A stretch of 64,000 nt of DNA from an uncultured Bacillales bacterium (GCA_946612115.1 CAMOEI010000005.1:23462-87461), one strand, 5' to 3'; counted from the stretch's first letter, positions 28,659-38,725 are shown. Made by a program: numbers and translations. The notes: a model not told the origin generated them from the letters alone.

Positions 28659-29192
28659 TTGAATATGTTAAAGAACATTTTACTATGTGTGGCAACCTTC
28701 TTAGCCGTCTTAGTGTTTGTCTTCTCATTCTTAGTGGCCTTAAAGCTCACTGGTGATTCTACTTCTATCACTTTCTATGGAATCATTTGGGGAAGCAATA
28801 AATCAGTAGAGACAATTGGAAGCGTATCCCATACAGACACCTATGATCCAGCTCTTCACGCTGCAGCTCTTCCATTAGTTGGAGCTATCTTAGTCTTAGT
28901 TGGCGGATTAGCAGCTTGCTTATTTGGCTTTGTTCTTAAAGACAAGAAATGGGCAAAATATGCTGTCATCGTTTCAGCAAGCTTAATGGTTCTTGGAGGA
29001 GTCTTCTTTTTCTTCACATATCCAGCATTCTGTCAATCCTACGCTGAATTCGCAGGTGGTAGCACAACTGCTGCTGATATTAAAGATCTCTGGAAAGATT
29101 CACATCCAAATGTTGCTTTAGCAGTTGTCGCTGGCATCTTATCCATCCTTGGTGGTTTATCTGCTTGCGGTTCACAATTACTTAAAAAATAA
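28659..29192 (+). CDS. Hypothetical 4-TM membrane protein
   Basis: 177-aa hydrophobic ORF immediately downstream of the IS left end. Confidence 0.4.
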   Translation: MNMLKNILLCVATFLAVLVFVFSFLVALKLTGDSTSITFYGIIWGSNKSVETIGSVSHTDTYDPALHAAALPLVGAILVLVGGLAACLFGFVLKDKKWAKYAVIVSASLMVLGGVFFFFTYPAFCQSYAEFAGGSTTAADIKDLWKDSHPNVALAVVAGILSILGGLSACGSQLLKK

Positions 29193-29213
29193 GTAAAACA
29201 CTATTCAAATATT

Positions 29214-29240
29214 AGAGGCTCCTTCGAGTCTCTTTTATTT
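29214..29240 (+). terminator. Terminator AGAGGCTC-cttc-GAGTCTCT + T-run
   Basis: Seen in sequence. Confidence 0.7.
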
Positions 29241-29461
29241 AATTAATCGTTGATTCACAGTTTCCTATTTGTTTTAATTATCGTATCGGCAGATATACCT
29301 GCGTAAGTGGAGTTCATCGCCGATTTTTTTATTGCAAATCAAATATGCATTTGGTTAAATAATCCTAGATGATTTGCAGGAGCTAGTTCTCCAGTGTCCA
29401 GAAGTCGAAGAAATTCGATCGACAGAATCATCTTTTTTTGTACAATTTAACTACTTAAACA

Positions 29462-29490
29462 AAGAAAAAGACCTACAAAGTAGGTCTCTT
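29462..29490 (-). terminator. Terminator GACCTAC-aaag-GTAGGTC for pepF
   Basis: Seen in sequence. Confidence 0.75.
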
Positions 29491-29505
29491 ATTTTAGTGC
29501 TTCAA

Positions 29506-31218
29506 TTAGAACTTAGAGGTATCGAATTCCTTAAGAACCTTGAGTAATGGTCTAATGTTTTTAGCGACATTGCCGTCTTCAAATGGGTTTCTTAAGTGAA
29601 CTTTCTCTAATAATCCAGTAAATGGAAGAGTTCCACCTAACTTACAAAGTTTGACATATTTCTTCCATGCCTTTTCATGATTCTTTAAATCTTCTGCAAG
29701 GAATTGGAAGGCGACAACTTGTGCAAGGGTGTAATCAATATAATAGAACGGAGTACCAAAGACGTGAGATTGTCTCATCCATCTAGTTCCTTTAGCGGCG
29801 ACAGGGCAATCGTCATATTTACGATTTGGTAAATTGGCTTCTTCGATTTCTTTATATTTAGCGCATCTTTCTTCGTGAGTAGCGTTTGGATGTTCATAGA
29901 CCCAGTGTTGGAATTCATCGATGGTGATACCATAAGGTAAGAATTCAATAGAATCAGTTAAGTGAGAATATTTATATTTTTCTGCGTCTTTACCAAAGAA
30001 TTTATCCATGTATGGCCAGGCAAAGAATTCCATGCTCATGGAGTGGATTTCACAGCTCTCTAAGGTTGGATTTTGTAATTCTGGGATTTTAATGTTTCTA
30101 CTTAAGTAGGCTTGGAAAGCGTGTCCGCCTTCGTGACATAAAACATTAACATCGTGTTCAGTTCCATTAAAGTTAGAGAAGATGAATGGCGCTTTATAAA
30201 CAGGGAAATATGTGCAATATCCACCTGGAGCTTTTCCAGCGCGAGCGTCTAAATCTAATAATTGATGGTCGATCATGAAGTTGATAAACTCTGCACTTTC
30301 ACTACTCATATCCTCATACATCTTTTTAGCGATAGAGGTTAAAACTTTGCTATCGCCAACAGGGACTGGATTTCCAGATTTAAATCTTAAATTGTAGTCA
30401 TATGTTTGTGGGTTTTTAATTCCGAGCTCTTTCATTTGTTTTTTGAAAAGTTTTTGAGCGAGTGGAACGACTTCTTCTTTGATTTGTTCACGGTATCCTT
30501 TTACTTTCTTACTGTCATAGTCAGTTCTTCCAAGTAAGCAATAACCTAAATCAATGAAATTTTTATAGCCAAGTTTTTTGGCCATGCCATCTCTTAAATG
30601 GACTAATTTATCATAGATATCTGCGATTTCTTTTTCGTGTTCGCCTAACCAGTTATCCATAGCGATCGCTGCTTCTTTTCTGGTTTCTCGATCTGGATCA
30701 GCGACAAATTTTCCTAATTGAGAAAGATTATAAATCTCTCCTCTAAATTTGATTTGCGCGCCACCCATGATTTGATCATATTGAGAAGTTAATTTATTTT
30801 CTTGGATTAAATCAGGGATAATCTTTTCATCAAAGCTCTTTTGATTATTCTCAAAAATCTTAAAAAGATATTTGCCATAAATCTTTTCTAAGTCTTTACG
30901 GTATTTAGCCTTTAATAAGACTTTTTCATATTTCACTCCATAGGAGGAGATAAGTGGAGAAATCTCGTCGACTTTCTCTTGAGCGTTTTTATAAACGCGA
31001 TTTCTAGTATCTAAAGTATATCTGACTTCGATAACACCCATATCAGTGCTTAATTCGTTCATGAATTTGTGATAATGCTTAACCGCGGTTTTTGCAGTTA
31101 AAGCGCTTCCACATTCTTCGATTTCAGATAATAAACTTTGTAACTTATTTACTGTTCTTTTTTCAGTAGGAACATGAAGGGGATAATCTTCAAATTTTAA
31201 ATCTAATTCTTCTTTCAT
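29506..31218 (-). CDS. pepF: Oligoendopeptidase F (M3 family)
   Basis: HEGGHAFQ (HExxH) zinc motif; 570 aa. Confidence 0.85.
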   Translation of the reverse strand: MKEELDLKFEDYPLHVPTEKRTVNKLQSLLSEIEECGSALTAKTAVKHYHKFMNELSTDMGVIEVRYTLDTRNRVYKNAQEKVDEISPLISSYGVKYEKVLLKAKYRKDLEKIYGKYLFKIFENNQKSFDEKIIPDLIQENKLTSQYDQIMGGAQIKFRGEIYNLSQLGKFVADPDRETRKEAAIAMDNWLGEHEKEIADIYDKLVHLRDGMAKKLGYKNFIDLGYCLLGRTDYDSKKVKGYREQIKEEVVPLAQKLFKKQMKELGIKNPQTYDYNLRFKSGNPVPVGDSKVLTSIAKKMYEDMSSESAEFINFMIDHQLLDLDARAGKAPGGYCTYFPVYKAPFIFSNFNGTEHDVNVLCHEGGHAFQAYLSRNIKIPELQNPTLESCEIHSMSMEFFAWPYMDKFFGKDAEKYKYSHLTDSIEFLPYGITIDEFQHWVYEHPNATHEERCAKYKEIEEANLPNRKYDDCPVAAKGTRWMRQSHVFGTPFYYIDYTLAQVVAFQFLAEDLKNHEKAWKKYVKLCKLGGTLPFTGLLEKVHLRNPFEDGNVAKNIRPLLKVLKEFDTSKF

Positions 31219-31469
31219 TTTGTCTCTCCTTTTAGTGATGATAATAGTTCTTGCTTTTTATAAATAAAGGTAGAAATAATTACCGAGTGAATTAATTATA
31301 AAAGAAAATTAATTTTCTTACAAAGCAATATGACTAAAAATAATATTTCAGTGTTTTTTCATTGATATTTTCAACTGATTTGTGTTAGTTTCAGTAGGGT
31401 AATTTTATGCCTGAATAATCTAATTGCCTATATTTTCTAATCGTGATAAACTAATCACGAGGTATTAAT

Positions 31470-32303
31470 ATGGGTAAACCAATTGTTGCTATCATGTACG
31501 ATTTCGATAAAACCTTATCCACGACCGATATGCAAAATTATGAATTCATCCCAAGACTTGGAATGACTCCTGAGGAATTCTGGGGCGCAACCGGTGAATT
31601 CTCTAAGCGTACTGGCTGTGAAAGAATTTTATCTTATATGTATGTGATGATTGAAAAAGCTCGTGAGAAAAATATCAAACTCACTAGAGAGTTTTTAAGA
31701 GAATGTGGTAAAGCTGTTAAATACCATCCTGGCGTCACTACATGGTTCGAACGTATTAACAAATACGGCGAAGAACATGGTGTCACTATCGAACACTACT
31801 TGGTGTCTAGTGGCACAAAAGAAATCCTAGAAGGGACAAGCATTTACAACTGCTTCACTGGAGTTTATGGTTGTGAATTCCTTTATAACGATGAAGGTGA
31901 ACCAGTTTGGCCTAAACTAGCGATTAACTACACACAAAAAACACAATTCTTCTTCAGAATCGCTAAAGGAGTAAAATCACTCGCAGATGATGATTCTGTT
32001 AACAAAAAGAATGTTGACGGATTAAGAGTTCCTTATGAAAACATCGTCTATATCGGAGATGGGATGACCGATGTTGCTTGTATGACCTTAGTCAACAAGA
32101 ATCGTGGCTACTCCATCGGAGTGTTTACTGAAAAGAACAAAGATTCAGTCGCGCAAATTAGACAAGATAAGAGATGCCGCTATATCGCTCCTGCTGATTA
32201 TTCAGCTGGAAAAGGAATGGAGCAAATCCTTCACCTAATTATCGACCGCGTCCATAACCAAGACGTCTTAGATAAAAAAGAAAAAGCACTCGCTGAAAAA
32301 TAA
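31470..32303 (+). CDS. HAD-superfamily hydrolase-like protein
   Basis: Motif I MYDFDKTL (DxDxT) and motif IV IGDGMTD. Confidence 0.55.
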   Translation: MGKPIVAIMYDFDKTLSTTDMQNYEFIPRLGMTPEEFWGATGEFSKRTGCERILSYMYVMIEKAREKNIKLTREFLRECGKAVKYHPGVTTWFERINKYGEEHGVTIEHYLVSSGTKEILEGTSIYNCFTGVYGCEFLYNDEGEPVWPKLAINYTQKTQFFFRIAKGVKSLADDDSVNKKNVDGLRVPYENIVYIGDGMTDVACMTLVNKNRGYSIGVFTEKNKDSVAQIRQDKRCRYIAPADYSAGKGMEQILHLIIDRVHNQDVLDKKEKALAEK

Positions 32304-32379
32304 TCAAAAATGAAGTCCTTTTTGATAAAGTGACTTCTTTTTTTATACATTTGATGTAAAAGGTGGTAAATTAATTTAC

Positions 32380-32757
32380 ATGGAAATTCAAGTTGGTGAC
32401 ATTTTAATTGGAAAAGTAAATCAAGTTAGACCTTACGCTTTATTTTTATCTTTTGATAATGGAGCGGTTGGTTTATTACACATTTCCGAATTATCTGATC
32501 AATTTATTCGCGATATCGAAAGTTTTGGCACTGTTGGAGATGAAATCAAAGTTAAGGTTTTATCTATCGATCCAAATAATGGTTTTTTAAGAGTTTCTTA
32601 TAAAGCTATCCCAGAAAAAGATCGATATAGCACTCATGACGCTAATAAAAAAAGCATTCCAGCTTTTGATGTAGCAGATTTTAAAGATATCGAGGAAATG
32701 CTTCCTACTTGGATTGAAAACACAATGAAAGAAATTAAAGGTAAGAAAAATGATTAA
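32380..32757 (+). CDS. S1 RNA-binding domain protein (YugI/GSP13-like)
   Basis: GDILIGKVNQVRPYALFLSF…GLLHISEL S1 fold signature. Confidence 0.7.
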   Translation: MEIQVGDILIGKVNQVRPYALFLSFDNGAVGLLHISELSDQFIRDIESFGTVGDEIKVKVLSIDPNNGFLRVSYKAIPEKDRYSTHDANKKSIPAFDVADFKDIEEMLPTWIENTMKEIKGKKND

Positions 32758-34030
32758 AGTCGATGTAAGTAATGTGATTAGTGAATCCGAGATCGCTAAG
32801 TATAGCGATAAGGTCACTAAAATCAATAAAATGATCAATGAGAAAACCGGAGCGGGTAATGATTACCTCGGTTGGGTTGATTGGCCAGTTGAATACGATA
32901 AAGAAGAACTAGAAAGATTATTAAAAGATGCTAAATACGTTAGAGATAATTTCGATGTTCTTGTGGTCGCTGGAATTGGAGGAAGCTATTTAGGCGCTAA
33001 AAGTGCTCTAGATGCTTTAAAAGGACTTAAAGGAAAAGATAAACCAGAAATTATCTTCATCGGTCAAACCTTCTCCCCTAACTACACCGCTCAAGTTTTA
33101 AAATATCTCGAAGATAAAAAGTTTGCGATTAATGTTATTTCAAAAAGCGGCACCACTACTGAAACCTCTATCGCTTTTAGATTAGTGAAAGATTTACTCG
33201 AAAGAAAAGTTGGTAAAGAAGCTTCCAAGAAGATGATCTTTGCTGTTACTGATAAAGAAAAAGGTGCACTTAAAACTTTATGTAATAAAGAAGGATATTC
33301 AACTTATGTTCTTCCTGGTAATATTGGAGGAAGATATTCTGTTCTTACTCCAGTTGGTTTATTCCCTCTTGCTGCCGCCGGAGTGGATGTTAAAGCGATG
33401 CTATTAGGTGCAAAAGAAGCTAGAGAAGAATTTGATAATGATGATCTTAAAAACAATAAATGTTACCGCTATGCGGTAAGTAGAGACTACATGTACCGCC
33501 ACTCTCATCCAGTAGAAATGTTTGTCACTTATGAACCTCAAATGAGTCAATTATCTGAATGGCTTAAACAACTCTTTGGAGAAAGTGAAGGAAAAGAGAA
33601 GAAAGGTTTATTACCAACAAGCGCTACTTTCTCTACTGATTTACATAGCCTTGGTCAATTCATTCAAGATGGTTCTCCAATTTTATTTGAAACAATTCTC
33701 AATGTCTTAAATCCAAACGAAGATGTTTCTATTCCTAGCGATGAATTAGATTTAGATGGTTTAAATTATTTAGCAGGTAAGAAAATGAGCTATGTCAATC
33801 AGATGGCCTATCAAGGAACATTAAAGGCTCACGAAGAAGATGGAGGGGTTCCTTGTAACATCATCACATTAGAGAAAATGGACGCTAAAACACTTGGCTA
33901 TCTCTACTATTTCTTTATGAGAGCATGTGCGATGAGTGCTTATTTACTAGAAATAAATCCATTTAACCAACCTGGAGTGGAAATTTATAAGAAAAATATG
34001 TTCCATCTCTTAGGCAAAAAAGGATATTAA
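32750..34030 (+). CDS. pgi: Glucose-6-phosphate isomerase (short Firmicutes type)
   Basis: VVAGIGGSYLGAKSA, FGESEGKEKKGLLP motifs; 426 aa. Confidence 0.85.
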   Translation: MIKVDVSNVISESEIAKYSDKVTKINKMINEKTGAGNDYLGWVDWPVEYDKEELERLLKDAKYVRDNFDVLVVAGIGGSYLGAKSALDALKGLKGKDKPEIIFIGQTFSPNYTAQVLKYLEDKKFAINVISKSGTTTETSIAFRLVKDLLERKVGKEASKKMIFAVTDKEKGALKTLCNKEGYSTYVLPGNIGGRYSVLTPVGLFPLAAAGVDVKAMLLGAKEAREEFDNDDLKNNKCYRYAVSRDYMYRHSHPVEMFVTYEPQMSQLSEWLKQLFGESEGKEKKGLLPTSATFSTDLHSLGQFIQDGSPILFETILNVLNPNEDVSIPSDELDLDGLNYLAGKKMSYVNQMAYQGTLKAHEEDGGVPCNIITLEKMDAKTLGYLYYFFMRACAMSAYLLEINPFNQPGVEIYKKNMFHLLGKKGY

Positions 34031-34057
34031 CTATATTTATATAGTTTAAAATAAGAA

Positions 34058-34090
34058 AAAGTCGCTAAAAAATTGGCGATTTTTTTATTG
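34058..34090 (+). terminator. Terminator after pgi (AGTCGC-taaaaaattg-GCGATT + T7)
   Basis: Seen in sequence. Confidence 0.65.
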
Positions 34091-34138
34091 ATTTATAATA
34101 TACATAATGATATATTATCAAAGCGTATCTGCAAAAGC

Positions 34139-34214
34139 GGATGCTTAGCTCAGCTGGGAGAGCATCGCCTTTACACGGCGGAGGTCGGCGGTTCGATCCC
34201 GTCAGCATCCACCA
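34139..34214 (+). tRNA. tRNA-Val (UAC)
   Basis: GGATGCTTAGCTCAGCTGGGAGAGCATCGCC-TTTACAC-GGCGG…CCA; 76 nt; TTGATT-17-TATATT promoter ~50 bp upstream. Confidence 0.85.
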
Positions 34215-34238
34215 AGTAAATTACGCAGATATAGTTAT

Positions 34239-34322
34239 GGAGGGGTAGCGAAGAGGCTAAACGCGGCTGACTGTAAATCAGCTCCTTCGGGTTCGGCGGT
34301 TCGAATCTGCCCCCCTCCACCA
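34239..34322 (+). tRNA. tRNA-Tyr (GUA), long variable arm
   Basis: GGAGGGGTAGCGAAGAGGCTAAACGCGGCTGA-CTGTAAA-TCAGC…CCA; 84 nt. Confidence 0.85.
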
Positions 34323-34349
34323 ACTTGCTTCTAGTTTGGGGCAAGAGAT

Positions 34350-34424
34350 TGGGGTGTAGCCAAGAGGTAAGGCATCAGACTTTGACTCTGACATTCAGTG
34401 GTTCGATCCCACTCACCCCAGCCA
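34350..34424 (+). tRNA. tRNA-Gln (UUG)
   Basis: TGGGGTGTAGCCAAGAGGTAAGGCATCAGA-CTTTGAC-TCTGA…CCCCAGCCA; 75 nt. Confidence 0.8.
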
Positions 34425-34430
34425 TTAGTT

Positions 34431-34506
34431 GACTCGCTAGCTCAGTCGGTAGAGCACTTGACTTTTAATCAAGGGGTCCGGAGTTCGAATCTCCGGCGAG
34501 TCACCA
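34431..34506 (+). tRNA. tRNA-Lys (UUU)
   Basis: GACTCGCTAGCTCAGTCGGTAGAGCACTTGA-CTTTTAA-TCAAG…GCGAGTCACCA; 76 nt. Confidence 0.85.
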
Positions 34507-34521
34507 CTCAACTGACTATTT

Positions 34522-34608
34522 GCCCAGGTGGCGGAATAGGTAGACGCACAAGACTTAAAATCTTGCGAGGTTAAACTCGTACCGGTTCGATTCCGGTCCC
34601 GGGCACCA
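34522..34608 (+). tRNA. tRNA-Leu (UAA), long variable arm
   Basis: GCCCAGGTGGCGGAATAGGTAGACGCACAAGA-CTTAAAA-TCTTG…CCCGGGCACCA; 87 nt. Confidence 0.85.
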
Positions 34609-34617
34609 GTTGAAAAT

Positions 34618-34648
34618 TAAAATCCCCTGAAGGGGATTTTTCTTTTAC
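34618..34648. terminator. Bidirectional terminator AATCCCCT-gaa-GGGGATT + T-run after the tRNA cluster / ABC gene
   Basis: Seen in sequence. Confidence 0.8.
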
Positions 34649-36384
34649 TCTTCACTAGTTTGAAGTTTATATAAATTGTAATAATAGCCTTTTTTATCAA
34701 GTAGTTCTTGATGGGTTCCGCTTTCAATGATTTCTCCATGTGATAAAACGAAAATGTTATCGCTATCTTTGATTGTGGATAATCTATGAGCGACCACTAA
34801 AGTGGTTCCAATAGTTTTTATTTTATTTAAAGAATCTTGAATGACTTTTTCTGTTTCAACATCAATGTTCGCTGTCGCTTCATCTAAAATCATAATCTGC
34901 GGTTTATGAATGATTGTTCTAGCAAAAGAAAGTAATTGTCTTTGACCAGTAGAGAAGTTTTCTCCTCTTTGGACAACTTGAGTGTCTAACCCATCCTCTA
35001 ATTTATCGATAAACCTATCTAAAGAAACATATTTCACAGAGTGATTTATTTCTTGATCGGTAAACTTATCGTCAAATAAGGTGATGTTATCTTTAATTGA
35101 ACCGGTGAATAAGAAGACATCTTGAAGCATTTGCCCAATAGATCTTCTTAGAGAAGATAGAGAAATCTTTTTAATGTCGATATCATCGATTAAGATTTGT
35201 CCTTTTTGAACCTCGAAATTTCTTACGATTAAATTTAAGATTGTTGTCTTTCCACTTCCAGTATCACCAACAAACGCCACTGTGTCTTTTGGATTAACCA
35301 CAAAAGAGACATCTTTTAAAATCCAATTCTCTTCTTCATAAGCAAAATAGACATTTTTAAATTCAATCTTTCCTTTAAATTCCTTAATATCAATTGTGTT
35401 CTCATCAAGAACTTCTGGTTTGATATCTAATAAATCAAATAATCTTTCAATCGCACTTACTGCTCGAGAAATCTTATTTAATGAGTCGGCGAGTTGTTGA
35501 ACTGGTTCAAAGAAATAATCTAAGAACAAATAGAAGGTGACAATTATTCCAGCGGATAAGCCTAGTCTAACCCCCATATAAATAATTAAAGCAATTGATA
35601 GGATATATATAAGAGACACTAAAGGACGATAGATTGAGAAAGATAAAATGACTTGATAACGAGTTTTAAAATATTCAGCATTTTTATCTTTGAATGTTCT
35701 CATAAATCTATTTTCTTGTCTAAATAGTTGAATGATTTTCATTCCCGCTAAAGCTTCATTTAAGAAAGAGTTAAGTTCAGAGATTTGTTTCCTTTCTTTA
35801 GCGAAGATTTTGTGAACTTTCTTAGAAAATATATAGGAAATGATGAAGATAACGATAATTACACCAAATAAAATTAGACCTAATTTCCAAGATAAAACAA
35901 GCATCCAAATATAGACGATGATGACAGTTAATAAATCTCTAATAATCTTCACTAAAGTGTTTGTGAAGAATTCAGTTAGTTGAGAAGTATAATTACAAAC
36001 AACAGTGACTAAAGAGCCAACAGACATATCGTTAAACTGATTTTGTGAAAGATTTTCAACGTGCTCAAAAACTTCCATTCTTAGTTTATAAACAATTCTT
36101 TGTCCCGCTTTAGTTAAAATCATCGTTTGAGTATAAACAAATGACTGGGCAACTACGTTAAGAACAAAGGCCATGATCGCCAAAAAGATAATTGTTTTTA
36201 AAGTAGGATTATCGCTAGCGATATGGTCGGTGAAATATCCAGTTACGCGAGGTAAAAGTACTCCAACAGCCGCATTAGCCAAAATCAAGAATAAAGAAAT
36301 GATGAACCACTTCTTTTCTTTGGCGACATATTTTAATGTTCTTTTAATTAGAGAGGAGAAAGGTACTTTGCTATTATTTTCCAT
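34645..36384 (-). CDS. ABC exporter, fused permease + ATPase (type I exporter half-transporter), subunit 2 of a heterodimer
   Basis: 6-TM domain then Walker A GDTGSGKTT, signature FSTGQRQLL, Walker B ILDEAT. Confidence 0.8.
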   Translation of the reverse strand: MENNSKVPFSSLIKRTLKYVAKEKKWFIISLFLILANAAVGVLLPRVTGYFTDHIASDNPTLKTIIFLAIMAFVLNVVAQSFVYTQTMILTKAGQRIVYKLRMEVFEHVENLSQNQFNDMSVGSLVTVVCNYTSQLTEFFTNTLVKIIRDLLTVIIVYIWMLVLSWKLGLILFGVIIVIFIISYIFSKKVHKIFAKERKQISELNSFLNEALAGMKIIQLFRQENRFMRTFKDKNAEYFKTRYQVILSFSIYRPLVSLIYILSIALIIYMGVRLGLSAGIIVTFYLFLDYFFEPVQQLADSLNKISRAVSAIERLFDLLDIKPEVLDENTIDIKEFKGKIEFKNVYFAYEEENWILKDVSFVVNPKDTVAFVGDTGSGKTTILNLIVRNFEVQKGQILIDDIDIKKISLSSLRRSIGQMLQDVFLFTGSIKDNITLFDDKFTDQEINHSVKYVSLDRFIDKLEDGLDTQVVQRGENFSTGQRQLLSFARTIIHKPQIMILDEATANIDVETEKVIQDSLNKIKTIGTTLVVAHRLSTIKDSDNIFVLSHGEIIESGTHQELLDKKGYYYNLYKLQTSEE

Positions 36385-38179
36385 AGCTTTCTCCTTTCTT
36401 ATTTTCTAATTGTTGAAGTAGATACATTCTTTGGAATGTCTCACTTGTCTTTAGTAAGTTTTCTGGGGTATCAAACGCTTCGAGTTTTCCTTTTTTAAGA
36501 ACAATAATCTTATCAGCGTTAAGTAATGTAGACACTCTAGAGGCAACAATAATTGTTGTTTTATCTTTTCTGACTTCTCTTAATTGAGAAAGAATGTTAT
36601 CTTCGGTTTTTAAATCAACAGCGCTAACGACATCATCTAAAATCAAGACACTAGAGTTAGTCATATAAGCTCTTACTAAAGAGATTCTTTGTTTTTGTCC
36701 ACCAGAAATAGTGACTCCACCTTCGGCGATTTCGGTATTGTATTGATCTTTAAAATCAACGATATCTTTATCGATATCCGCGTATTTAGCGTTTTTAATA
36801 ATCTCTTCTTCGCTTGCCTCTATATTGCTAAAGGCAATATTCTCTTTAATGTTTCCTTGGAATAAGAAGTTATCTTGAGGTGCGATGTTCACATTTTTTC
36901 TTAAGCTTTCAATTTGGATATGTTGAACATCTACGCTATCGATGAAGACTTGTCCTTCGTTGATGTTATATAGGTGTAATAAAGAATTCACTAAAGTAGA
37001 TTTACCACTACCAACAGAGCCCACTACTCCAATTAATTCGCCTTTATTAATCTTTAAGGAGATATTGTCTAAAGCAGGTTTATTTTCTCCAGGATAATTA
37101 AATGAGAAGTGATTGAACTCAATATTTCCCTGAATATCAAATTCCATCGCTCCAGGAAGATCATAAATGTCAGTTGGGGTATCTAAGAATCTAGCGATAC
37201 GTTTATAACTTGTACGCGCTTTAGATAAATTGGTGATGACTTGACCAAGAGCGATCATCGGCCAAATAAGTGAGAAGAAATATCCTAAAAATGTCACTAA
37301 TGGGCCGGCTTCTAAAGTAATAGGCTGTCCGAATATATGAAGTGGACTACCAATTACTGTGTAATAAACAAATGTTCCACCAAAGCCAATAATAATCGCT
37401 GCAACTAGTCCAATAATGATTTCAATAGAGGCTTCAAAAATAACTGAAATTCTAGTGAATTTAATATTTATATCCTTGTTTTTACGGGCAATTTTACTAA
37501 AAGCGCGAATTTGTTGAACTTCTTTTACAAACGCTTTTATCACTCTGATTCCAGTAAAACTTTCTCTAGTAAATTCATATAGTGAATCGTTCGATTCTTG
37601 TCTAAGCTTCCAATATCTTCCCATCGCTCCTTCGCAAAGCATTCCAACTACGGCGATTAATAAAATCGGAATTAAAGATACCGCCGCTAAATATACTGAG
37701 ACACCAAACATCTTTATAAGAGCAAACAATGTTAAGAAGATTCCATCAACGATTTGAAGAGTGCCCCATCCTAAAAATTCCTCTAATGTTTCAATGTCAT
37801 CAGTGGCCCATGACATAATATTTCCTAAGTTATTGTTGTGGTAATAAGTAACGTCAAGAGATTCCGCTTTGGCAAACATTTCATTTCTGATGTTCATTTC
37901 TATTTTCTTTGAGGCATAGAATAAGGTAAGTCTCCACAATATTCTTCCAACAAACATGATGATCGCAACAAATATCGCCATGGTCATCGTATTTCTAAAG
38001 AAAACAGAACCTAAATCAATAGAGCCATTAGTTTTGATTTCAGTAACTAAACTTCCTAATAGTTCTGGAATCTTTAATTGAAACCAGTCGACTGCTAATA
38101 AAGAAAGGATTCCTACAATAACAAAAGGAAGATAACGTAAATAATATTTATTTAAGTGTTTTCCCCAGAGCAAAAACAT
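36374..38179 (-). CDS. ABC exporter, fused permease + ATPase, subunit 1 of the heterodimer
   Basis: Walker A GSVGSGKST, signature ISGGQKQRISL; overlaps the partner gene by 11 nt. Confidence 0.8.
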   Translation of the reverse strand: MFLLWGKHLNKYYLRYLPFVIVGILSLLAVDWFQLKIPELLGSLVTEIKTNGSIDLGSVFFRNTMTMAIFVAIIMFVGRILWRLTLFYASKKIEMNIRNEMFAKAESLDVTYYHNNNLGNIMSWATDDIETLEEFLGWGTLQIVDGIFLTLFALIKMFGVSVYLAAVSLIPILLIAVVGMLCEGAMGRYWKLRQESNDSLYEFTRESFTGIRVIKAFVKEVQQIRAFSKIARKNKDINIKFTRISVIFEASIEIIIGLVAAIIIGFGGTFVYYTVIGSPLHIFGQPITLEAGPLVTFLGYFFSLIWPMIALGQVITNLSKARTSYKRIARFLDTPTDIYDLPGAMEFDIQGNIEFNHFSFNYPGENKPALDNISLKINKGELIGVVGSVGSGKSTLVNSLLHLYNINEGQVFIDSVDVQHIQIESLRKNVNIAPQDNFLFQGNIKENIAFSNIEASEEEIIKNAKYADIDKDIVDFKDQYNTEIAEGGVTISGGQKQRISLVRAYMTNSSVLILDDVVSAVDLKTEDNILSQLREVRKDKTTIIVASRVSTLLNADKIIVLKKGKLEAFDTPENLLKTSETFQRMYLLQQLENKKGESYGK

Positions 38180-38725
38180 TTAATTCTGCTCCTTTTTCTT
38201 CTTTGAAGAAATAACAATGAGATATATTCCAAAACAAATAAGAGTGAAGGTCGTGAATCCCGCAAAGTCAATCAAGATATCAGTTAATAAGCCATATCTG
38301 CCTGGAACAAAATATTGAATTAGCTCAGAAACTGTCGCCAATAACAATCCAGACACTAATGAAATTAAAAGTAGATATCTCTTGTTGTTTTTAGATTCGT
38401 ATGTGAAGAAAAGCGATATAGATGTTAAGGTTCCGCTAAGACCAAATAATAGAAAATGACCAACTAGTTTTCTTATAACTGCATGTAATTCTTGATGGTC
38501 TACTTGAATAGATGGATTGATAGTTTCAATGATTTCGATAACACTTTCAGTAAAACTAATAGACTGAGAAGCGCTATTTGCCTCACCGATAAACGATTCT
38601 ACAATAATCAAAATATTAACAATAAGAGTTAATAATCCGAATATTGAAAAAAGAATTTTTAATCTTTTCATAACACGGAATAATTTTATATGAAAATTAT
38701 AGAATAGTGATATAATTAGTTTCAT
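38180..38725 (-). CDS. VanZ-family membrane protein
   Basis: RKLVGHFLLFGLSG motif; 4 TM; likely true start at MKRLKILF. Immediately downstream of the ABC pair (1-nt spacing). Confidence 0.5.
   Translation of the reverse strand: MKLIISLFYNFHIKLFRVMKRLKILFSIFGLLTLIVNILIIVESFIGEANSASQSISFTESVIEIIETINPSIQVDHQELHAVIRKLVGHFLLFGLSGTLTSISLFFTYESKNNKRYLLLISLVSGLLLATVSELIQYFVPGRYGLLTDILIDFAGFTTFTLICFGIYLIVISSKKKKEQN

Noticed and set aside
11327-29490. Dispersed repeat family AAAGACC(C)…GGGTCTTT at 11327, 15990, 16661, 29469
   Set aside because: Each is a short GC-clamped hairpin at a gene 3' end with different loops and flanks. They are best explained as independent rho-independent terminators of similar style, not copies of a mobile repeat.
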